Source: Octopus vulgaris
Taxonomy: Eukaryota
Reading direction: 5' to 3'
DNA length: 64,000 nt
NCBI GenBank assembly: GCA_951406725.2
Contig: OX597816.1
Location: forward strand, 3,782,001-3,846,000
The notes under the pieces are model-generated. The model ran no database searches, was not told the origin of the DNA, and worked only from the letters and a program-made list of their open reading frames with translations. Positions 53,940 to 64,000 of this stretch are shown here, piece by piece (within the stretch, counting starts at the first letter, position 1; each line of letters begins with the position of its first letter). The translations under genes and the position numbers were made by a program.

Positions 53940-53974
<35 letters not shown>

Positions 53975-53980
53975 CAAAAT

Positions 53981-54021
<41 letters not shown>

Positions 54022-54285
54022 AAAATATCATATATATGTATACAATACAATAATATATATTAATATATATATATATGTAAAATATCATATGTATGTATAC
54101 AATACAATAATATATATTAATATATATATATGTAAAATATCATATATATGTATACAATACAATAATATATATTAATATATATATATATGTAAAATATCAT
54201 ATATATGTATACAATACAATAATATATATTAATATATATATATATGTAAAATATCATATATATGTATACAATACAATAATATATA

Positions 54286-54320
<35 letters not shown>
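53975..54320. repeat. AT-rich minisatellite, ~5 copies
   Basis: Unit gtaaaatatcatatatatgtatacaatacaataatatatattaa plus (TA)n. Confidence 0.9.
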
Positions 54321-54322
<2 letters not shown>

Positions 54323-54449
54323 GTATGTATTAATATCATATATACAATAATATATATTTATACAATGATAACTATATACATATATATTGTAATACTAACA
54401 TCAACGCACTTACGTTGACAGCTGGATCTCTCCATCCTATCACTTTTCA

Positions 54450-54484
<35 letters not shown>

Positions 54485-55053
54485 CTACTTTACTCTCAGG
54501 TAACACACACACACACATATCCCAGAAAAATAAACAACCATAAGAATATTAAAACACACTTGCAACAACAAGCAACGACCGGTAACCGTTATGATTATTT
54601 TCAGCTACATTCTCAGTGTCCAGGATTGCGTGGTGGAGTTGAAGATTATGTAAGGGCCATAGTCTATTATGTATTAATATTTGTTATGAGTTGAGTTATT
54701 CCCCTTGGGTTGGTGTAAAATGGCAATACTGAAGGACTTATTAAATGTGGTTCAGTCAGGAGGAATCTTGAGATTATGTGGGGATTGCTAATAAAGAAAT
54801 GTCAATGAGTGCATTGTTGTATGTGACGTGTCAACGACAAGGATTGATTGTGTATAATGTCAGAGGGATTAAAGCAGTGTCTCTCTCATCCAACGTTTCT
54901 TCTGCGTGTCGTAAAAAGCTACCAATAGAGTTGGAAGTAGGATTTGCACTCTGGCCTCCCAAAACCCTCACCAGCAAACAGACCCTTGAGTTGGAGGGTG
55001 TCACCTGAGCTGTGCAATGGCGTGATCTACCAGGAATAGGGAATCACCAACTG

Positions 55054-55097
<44 letters not shown>

Positions 55098-55396
55098 TCT
55101 CAGCGTGAATTGAAACTTTGGAGGAAAATATAGAATTTGTGATAAAGACCAAAGTATTGTGACAAATGAGCAAGCATTAATCCGTTCAGTAAAGTGATGT
55201 CATAATCTTTCTGTGCTTATGTAAATAGCAAAGTGTTAAGACTTGATGAGCATCACTGATCTATCATATACAGGCGGAGACGGAAAACCCTGCCGTATTT
55301 TCCACGGACATTAATGTGGCCCCAATAAATTAAGCATGCGCAAACGATGTCTTCATATAACAAATGTTTTGTAGCCTTTTTTTTTAATCAAATACC

Positions 55397-55628
55397 TATT
55401 TCTTTTCTAACCACGAGGGGTTAAACACAGAGAGGACAAACAAGGACAGACAAATGAATTAAGTCGATTACATCGACCCCAGTGCGTAACTGGTACTTAT
55501 TTAATCGACCCCGAAAGGATGAAAGGCAAAGTCGACCTCGTCGGAATTTGAACTAAGAACGTAGCGGCAGACGAAACACCGCTGAGAATTTCGCCTGGCG
55601 TGCTAACGCTTCTGCCAGCTCGCCGCCT
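55397..55628 (-). mobile_element. Family A SINE
   Basis: Full length, TSD aatcaaatacc (55386-55396, 55635-55645). Confidence 0.9.
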
Positions 55629-58600
55629 TTTTTAAATCAAATACCATTTGATTAATAGGGACTAATGCGTATTGTGCGTGTTTTAGGGAAATATTTTATT
55701 AACCTGTAAAATGTGGGAGGATTTTTGCACGACTCTGTAGTTGGTCAAGCTGAAGAATTAATGAACGGATTTAGTCTGAGGTTTTTGAGGTTCATTTTCG
55801 GTTGCAAAAAGATTGCATGTTTTGTTATTTCTCTATGATCTAAATCTCTTGAGATTCCTGCCATTTCTTATAGTTTGAGAAAACACGATTGATAATATCA
55901 GTGGAAGACTCTTCAGTCTGTCCCTGAACAAGAAAATCTTTGTGGTTATCTGGGTGAACGAGAGCGGACTCTAAGATAAGACCACATATATATTGAAGTC
56001 ACCCGCTACCTAATAGGAAGTAAAGGTGTCATAACATCATCCACTTTACATCTTACCGTCATCTTCTTAAATGTAGGTATAACCACAATACTCTCAAATA
56101 TTTAAAACTTCATAACAATTAAACCGATTACACTAATCAAAAGCTACCGGATAAAATCTGGAAACATAGATGCATTTCTTCTTTATATGTCAGAACTGGT
56201 GGGGCTGTTATGTACGAAGCAAGGTCGCCTCCACCAACACAAACTCAAACATTGTATTTTAAGCAGTTTTTGGGTGCGGTAGAAGTGCAATTGAATCCTA
56301 CGTGTACAATTACAAATGCGAAAATGTGGGAGAAATTACACCGTTCGGTTATGAATGACGCCATCAGACCAAAAGATAGGTGTTTCAGCAGCTTTACTAT
56401 TTATAAGTTTTGGACATTCAAATCCCACTAAGAACTGCCGTCCTTATATTTAAACAGCTAAGAGTAAATTTGCAGGTGTGTGTAAAGCTTTAATCAAATG
56501 GAATCGATCAAAGGGGCGCATTGGATAAAGACACATAGAACCGCATTGAGAAAAGTGTTAATTGAAATATAGATATGTGTACATTGTCAAATACGTTTCT
56601 TCCTTCAAGAAAATAAAAGAAGACTACCAAACTATGGAGTTGTTTCTGGAAGTTGAAAAATATGAAACTGGATTCGACATCGAGTGAAAGTTTCTTGAAA
56701 GATGTCCCCACAAAAGTGGTACCAAAAGTGCAGATATACACTGCTGAGAAAATTAACAAGCCAGACCCTCAACAAATCTACGGAATATCAATATGTCAAA
56801 TAAAGGGCTAAATGTGAACGCTAACTGTTCCCACATTGATAAATACTTCCTGAAACAGTGGAAAATTATAGCGTTGCCTACTTGCAGGGATTAATATTTA
56901 ATTATTTAACACGGGAAATCGTAATTTCTATTTCGCTCCTTGAATTTAGCCAAAGCTGAGATACTCTCTATTCTAAGTTTATATTCTTCGATTTATATCG
57001 CCAATCCCTACCGGAAACTTCATATTTATCATACAACAATTCACTCGCGGACATAATGAAAATATCAATTTTCTCTCTGTGGTAGTTTATGAAAACTACA
57101 GCCTAATGTAGCCAAATAATTTTCCACCAACCCATATCAAATCACGATTTTGTTTTAACAAGCTATGTTAATGTAATTTAATGTATGTTAATATATGCAA
57201 CGGAATCCTCAAATCCGTCATGTAATACTGCAAACATAAAAACGCCATCTCAAACATTTCATACAAGGCACTTCTATTCACATGAAACAGGTGTAACTTA
57301 ACAGAACATAGAGACATGACAATGTATAATTACTAAAGAACTCCATCATTAAATATTTCATTTTGCTATATTTGATTCGGTTCTAATTTTGATTGTATAA
57401 ACATGTGTAACCTTATATATGTACATATAACACATATACAGTATATTATATACACATAACATATACATACACAAGTTTGTATATGTATATATATTTGTGC
57501 ATATTATATATATATATATACATACATACACACACACATCTTGTTGCACTCACTTTTACTTCAGTTTTATGACGAATTAATTTATTATGAAATTAATAAA
57601 TTTGTGTGTCAAAGTTATTTCGTCAGTCTCCGACCTTACCAATGACAGAGCACCACTCCTACACTTCCAAGCTATCCCCTAACCCTGGTTCTTTACTTTT
57701 GTGTTTTTTTCTTTATTTAGCAACATGAACCACCCAAAATAAAACAATATTTGTTTCAAAGCCTGATTCCACAGACAAAACAAAAATCTTCTAAAGAAAT
57801 TACAAAATACTACAGACACACACAGAAATCAATAATAAACTAAGGGTTTTAAAAACTAAGACACGAATATTACGTTTATTATAAGCCTCCTGAGCTGAAT
57901 AACAAATCCTGTTATGTATTGTTCGGATGTCCTATGGGATATTCACAACCTACAAAATACTACATGCTAAATGATGCATTTTATATATTACATGTATCAA
58001 TTTATATTATATTGCCGATTTTATACCACATGTGTAAGCTATATATTACAGATTTGGTTGATTTGCAGTTTGCTAAAATCATGCGTGTAAAACTTATCTT
58101 TATATATTCTTATAATTTTAATTATAGTATGTAAATAAAATAAATATTTATATAAATATATAATAATAAAGTAATTAGTAATGCTAAATGAAATTTCTTC
58201 TATAAACGTTATCTTTGTCTTTTGAAATACTGACCGATTTTACATAAATTGACATTTCAGAGTCCGTCAACTTGAACTATCTTCAAACATTCACATCAAC
58301 ACACATATATTTCTTTACTACTCACAAGGGGCTAAACATAGAGGGGACAAACAAGGACAGACAAAGGGATTAAGTCGATTACATCGACCCCAGTGCGAAA
58401 CTGGTACTTTATTTATCGACCCCGAAAGGATGAAAGACAAAGTCAACCTCGGCGGAATTCGAACTCAGAACGTAACGACAGACGAAATACCGCTAAGCAT
58501 TTCGCCCTGCGCGCTAACGTTTCTGCCAACACACATATGTTCACATAAGCGCCCTCACTCATATATACATACATCCGTGTGTGTATATATATATATATAT

Positions 58601-58782
58601 TGAGATGAATATGGTACTTAAGTTAAGGCACCAGAATTTAATATGGTATTATCCATATAAATCAAACAGGGTGATTATAATCAAAATAAGCAACAAGGAT
58701 ATCCAAGGTAGAGTAGTACAATCGTTTCATGCTACTTCATTTTATTAAACACTGTAAGTATTACATCAGTTTTAAAATGTCG

Positions 58783-58823
<41 letters not shown>

Positions 58824-59051
58824 TACATATACACATACATATATTCATTCAAACATTCATATATGAATTAGACGTAGCTTGAGGTGTATTAACAAAATCG
58901 AACACACATACACAAGGTATGTGTGTTGGTAGTTCGTGGGTTGGCTGCATTTTAGGAGTAAGAGAATATATTTTCGATGTGCATGTTAAAAAACCCTGAA
59001 AGTAAATCATAAGCAAACGAGAGAACTCACAGCAGGTCCCCTTCTCGGAGC

Positions 59052-59094
59052 GACAGACATCGAGGTTTCGTCATTGTTGCGACTTTTCAATGCC
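59052..59094 (-). ncRNA. Degenerate hammerhead motif, U3-A8 variant
   Basis: GGCA TTGAAAA GTC GCAACAAT GAC GAAA CCTCGATG TC TGTC; stem III is one change away from the palindrome ACATCGATGT. Confidence 0.5.
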
Positions 59095-59165
59095 ACATAC
59101 CGAAAATGGCCTACTGCAAGCTATAATGCCGAGGACGACTATACGCTAAATGGTTTGAAAACCGC

Positions 59166-59209
<44 letters not shown>

Positions 59210-59520
59210 AATATTAGGGAATAAATCCAAATTTACAGGGAAAAAATCAGATTTAGGATTAAATCCAATTTTATAGTTTGTTTTGCAAATAGTGGTTTTG
59301 TCTCTAATAATATTATATATATATATATATATATAAAGTGGATAGCCGTCCATAAACGAGGAAAATATTTGCAGCAAACGAAGTGCCAGGAAGACCATAA
59401 TAAAGATATAAATTATGATAAAGGTATAAATTATAAAGCTGTCAATAGATAAAATATTAAAGTATATATAAATGTTCATACATATGTATGTATATAAATA
59501 TATATGTGCATGTATGTGTA

Positions 59521-60115
59521 CAGAGTGTGTCAGTATTTGAGGACACGTATTAGAGTAGCTCTTTAGGTTTCAGGGTGCACAATCAAAAGAACTGTACATG
59601 ACGACGTTTGGTATCCCAGGGAGTCAGGGCTGCTCGTCTACATGTGTTGGAGAGAATTGTGAGTCTCTGGATAGAGTAAGCAACAGAAGATCATACGTCT
59701 TCCAACAAGTTTTTTGCGCTGTCTCATAAAGCTAGGACAACCCAAGAGTGCCTATCTCCATGACCATGTTCCCTCCGACACATGGCCACCTAGTTCACGA
59801 GACATTAATCCAATGGACTATTACGTATGGTGTGTAGTCGAGAGAGAGATGTCAATCAACACTTCCATTACAACTACAGAATCACTCACTTCCGCCATAA
59901 GCTCTATATCCAAATGTGATAAAGGATCATCTCATTCGGATATGTCAAATCTCCTCACTCCGTATTGAAGCAGTCACTCACGTTAACGGTGGATTCATTA
60001 AAGAGCTCCGATAAAAGGATTCTCAAGATTTGTTTTCAAATACAGCTTTTCTTTCATGACCTGTGAGTCTTTTTCTAAATTCATTCAAATAACCTCGAAA
60101 ATATGACGCACCCTG
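59521..60115 (+). mobile_element. Internally deleted maT-like mariner
   Basis: Degenerate TIRs cagagtgtgtcagtatttgagg / cctcgaaaatatgacgcaccctg with TA flanks; WPPSSRDINPMDYYVWCVVERE. Confidence 0.82.
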
Positions 60116-60119
60116 TATG

Positions 60120-60235
<116 letters not shown>

Positions 60236-60460
60236 TTGAGGTGTGCTCCGTTAAGAACGTATTAGAGTACAAATAGATCTCGTTCACCCTTAGAATTCTC
60301 AAATAGACGATAGTATTATTATAGTATGCTACCAATTCTAGTCTAAGGTAATCCTCGTGTGTGAAAATAAAAAGGGTAGAGTCAAAAGGATGAGTAAGTA
60401 CGGTTAGGCAAGTTTTTAATGATCACCACAAAAGCTTCGATACATATAGATCTATGTATG

Positions 60461-60499
<39 letters not shown>

Positions 60500-61949
60500 G
60501 AAAAAAAAATGGTGTCAACAAGAAGGCGTACGGTTGGACATATATTTTCAGCCACTATAATTGTTGCTATGCAACGTAGTTCTTCAATAGTACAAGTACT
60601 TGATTACGCAACCGTTTCCCTGCATTACAAGATGTAGTTGTGTTTCCTCAGGCGATATGTAAGTATTATCTCCGTAAGTTTAAATTCTTGGCTTCTAGTA
60701 CATCCTTTCTGTCTGTCGTGGCCTCTCGTATCATGGTGTGTTCTTGCTGAAGGACCGTTGGCAAAAGTGAGTCTGAGAGAGGATACTTGTCCAAGGTGCT
60801 GTGCAGTGCGATCGAACTCGAAACCACATGGTCGAGAAACCAACTTCTTAAACACTAATCAACGCCTGTATCCTACGTTACCCCTTTTCTTTATGGCTTC
60901 CTATTAGAAAGTTTCACCATTGTGTGGTGAATATAATTGAAACAAACATCAAAAGACAAGAGCAGTTCTTTCTGTGGTATTTTGACCTTATTTGATCTCA
61001 TAATTTATTTAGACATCAAATGAGGCCTAAAAGCAAAAGAATATTAATGTTTCTTGTATCCTATTTGCTAAAATCAAAGCCATTTCTAATAACGGCATGA
61101 TTATATGTTTTATAGAAGAATACGAAGACATAACTTTGTGGTTTTGTGGTCAAAGAAATGGATATAATGATCGCCACCAGCATCACCACCAGAACCACCG
61201 ACATCCCCCTCAACACCAACATCACCACCACACCACCGCCATCATCACAGCCATCATCACAGCCGCCGCCATCACTACTACCATAACCGCCACCGCCTCT
61301 TGCGTCACGCCCCACCACCAGCCTCACCACGACCAATCTCCAATACCGCCAGCACCCTCCCCATCTCATCTAATTCGCCACCGCCTCCCTCTGATAGGTA
61401 ATATCATCATTTCCATTATGCGGCGAGCTGGCAGAATCGTCAGCACACCGGAAAAAACGCTTAGCAGCATTTCGTCCGTCTTCTACGTTCCGAGTTCAAA
61501 TTCTGCAATGGTCAACAAAATAAGTACAAGTTGAGTTCTGGGGTCGATGTATTTATTCTATCACCCCCTTTTCTCGAAACGCTAAGTTATGGGGACAGAT
61601 ACACTAACACCAGTCGACAAACCCAGACGCACACACACACACACGTATGGATTCGTGGTTAGGGTATTGCTCTCACGATTGCGAGACTGTGGGTTCGATT
61701 CCCAGAGCGGGCGTTGTGTTGTGTTCTTGAAAGCACTTCATTTCATGTTGCTCTGTGATCATTTCGTCATTTGACACGTGGCATCCGTTGCACCTGTACA
61801 GGTAATGTCGATCTGATGGAGGAAGTGAGCTTATGTCTACACACACATTTGATCACTATAAACGAATCATCTGCGTGGTTGTTCAGTAAGAAATTGTCGA
61901 ACCCTCATACGGTGTCTAGCGACGGGAGAGTCCATCATATATATAAAGT

Positions 61950-62257
61950 GGAGGCGCAATGGCCTAGTGGTTAGGGCAGCGGACTCGCGGTCGTAGGATC
62001 GCGGTTTCGATTCCCAGACCGGGCGTTGTGAGTGTTTATTGAGTGAAAACACCTAAAGCTCCACGAGGCTCCGGCAGGGGATTGTGGCGATCCCTGCTGT
62101 ACTCTTTCACCACAACTTTCTCTCACTCTTTCTTCTGTTGGCCTGTTCGCTTAGCCAGCGGGGTGGCGTCATTCGAAGGCTAAAACAATGCGAACGCATC
62201 GTGACCAGCGATGTGTAAAACATCTGATGCTCTGGTCGGTCACGTGATCACGTGATA
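61950..62257 (+). mobile_element. SINE family D (tRNA-Arg-like head)
   Basis: ggaggcgcaatggcctagtggttagggcagcggactcgcggtc...ggtttcgattccc with A/B boxes and TCG at the anticodon position; cacgtgat tail repeats. Confidence 0.85.
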
Positions 62258-62289
62258 TATATATATATATACATATGTATGTGTGTGTG

Positions 62290-63425
62290 TTGAAATTTAC
62301 AGAAAAACAAAAGACGAAGACACGTGTATGAAAAAGCATGTGTATTAGTCTGACGCTGAGGGAAGTGAGAATGTCTTATGTTTCGAGCCTAAGCTCTTCA
62401 TTAGAAAGGAATAAGAGAAAATAAACAGAGAGAATAAATAACTTGTGGATTTAGCGATCAAACATGGCCACTGGGTGGGAAATATGTTTGACAGGAGAGG
62501 TAGAAAGAAGGGGAGATAAAGTATTAGTGATCCCCAAAACGGCGCCCGTACGTGTGTGTATGTGAGAATGTGTGTGTGTGTGTGTGGATAGAGGCTTGAG
62601 ACTGACGTGTGGATGTGTGCGTGTGTATGTGTCTATAATGTGTGGGTGTGCGGATGATGGTATGTAGTGTGGGTACTGGGAAGTGGTCAGTGCTAGTGTG
62701 TGTAGAGTCATGTGGGGTGGGGTGGGGATGAGTGGGTGTAGGAATTGGGTGGAGATGTGGGTGTAAGGTGGAGGTGTGGAGTAGCGGTCGGGTATGTGGG
62801 AGCGGGGTGTAAGTGTGGCGTGTGGGATTAGGAGTATCAATGAAGTGAGAAGGTAGGCAGGAATGAAGAGTGGAAGTAGGTATAAGAGCAAGAGCGGAGG
62901 GAAGTCGGATGAAAAGAGAAAGGGAGTTGAGCCCATGTGGGGCAAAGGGAGAAGAGAGAATTCCAGTTAACAGCGAAGGCGGTTGTCCGGATGGCCCGTT
63001 TGCAAAGACAATCCGAACACAGACAGGTGTTGTAGTGAATGTCCGGTAGAGCGAAACCGTGTTGTCATTGTCGAATCTGAGGTGCTCCGCGAACAGGTCA
63101 ACCAAGCGGCGTCCCGTTTGAACGACGTACAGAGAAGGGCAGAAAGAGCAGATGCAGTGAATGACGTCGCTAGAAGTGCAAGTAAAGAAGTCTGTGATAT
63201 GATAGGGACGATGATGGGTGCCTCTGAGGATGGTGGTGTTGGAGTGGTAGCGGCAAATGCAGCAGCGTGGCGGGAGCAGCGGAACGAACTATGTTGGGAG
63301 GTGGGGTTAGGGAAGAAACTGTGAACCAGGAGATCACGCAGGATGTGGGGTCGTTTGAAAGAGGGATAGGATACATTCGGAAAGATGTGCAAAGTGGCAG
63401 GGTCGGACGTGTGTAAGCTGATCTT
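62290..63425 (-). mobile_element. Penelope-like element 3' part: GIY-YIG remnant, low-complexity spacer, hammerhead-bearing end
   Basis: SFKRPHILRDLLVHS, FTCTSSDVIHCICSFCPSLYVVQTGRRLVDLFAEHLR and APHGLN; hammerhead CTTT CTAATGA A GAGC TTAG GCTC GAAA CATA at 62373-62408. Confidence 0.85.
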
Positions 63426-63429
63426 AGCA

Positions 63430-63795
63430 CAATCTTCTTAGATGCCGATTCACATGGTTAATGTTATTCAAAAAGGCTATGAAGTGCCCAATAGCGAATT
63501 AGACCGCTTGGTAGTGGCCTCCCACAACCACTAGATCTCAAAATATACAATATTATTGAATATTTATGGTGCACTTTGGAGCAGCAAGTCAGAACGCGCT
63601 TCCATCTGTCTGAAAGAGCTGAAGCAAGTTTTAATTTAAAAAATAGCTGAAAATTCTGCTTAAAGCTGTCAAGAACCTGTGAGCGTCAATTCCTCAATGG
63701 ATTGAAAAACCATGATTGATGCCAAACCTGGACCAAATATGTAGTAAGTTCTAAAAGTTACATTTAACAAGAGGTTTCCATTATTTTGTTCACAC
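63430..63795 (+). mobile_element. Tc1 (DD34E-type) 3' remnant
   Basis: WPP...NIIEYLWCTLEQQVR motif and a TIR-like end gtttccattattttgttca. Confidence 0.7.
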
Positions 63796-64000
63796 ACACA
63801 CACCAAAAAGGAAATAACCGACCGGAATAAATCTTATTAGCAGAAATTTCATTGTTTAATTTGACCAAACGCCTTACTTTTAGCTGCCTTAAGTAACATA
63901 GTGAGTGAGTATAAGTACCCTATGAAAGTTATTCATCTCTGGTCGCTTTGATCTGCCTCTTCATTAGGCCTGGATGTCAGTTCTAATCCCGGCTGTGGAT

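Noticed and set aside
47635-54320. CRISPR-like repeat-spacer arrays
   Set aside because: Spacers are just (TA)n, the context is eukaryotic and no cas genes are present.
61950-62025. tRNA gene
   Set aside because: A/B boxes are present but there is no closed acceptor stem, and it continues into a SINE body.

Overview
AT-rich, microsatellite-dense animal genomic DNA. The tRNA-headed SINE families resemble, from recall only, those of octopus (coleoid cephalopod) genomes. One host gene is supportable: the last two coding exons of a globin on the + strand (45324-45552 and 47227-47472). It has the classic B12.2 and G7.0 introns, E7 and F8 histidines, and most resembles the globin-X-like group. Its first coding exon was not found, so the first ~45 kb may all be intron. 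The rest is repeats: at least four SINE types, decayed Penelope-like, CR1, RTE and R4/Dong-like retroelements, and Tc1/mariner (including a DD37D maT), hAT, pogo-like and piggyBac remnants. Most listed ORFs are microsatellite or repeat artefacts. Two signals stand out. (1) About ten type I hammerhead ribozyme motifs sit in short Penelope-derived, often inverted, (TA)n-associated inserts, three families carrying a compensatory U3-A8 core. (2) One SINE repeatedly inserts at GGTAT, a motif found in its own head, and so builds self-nested arrays.
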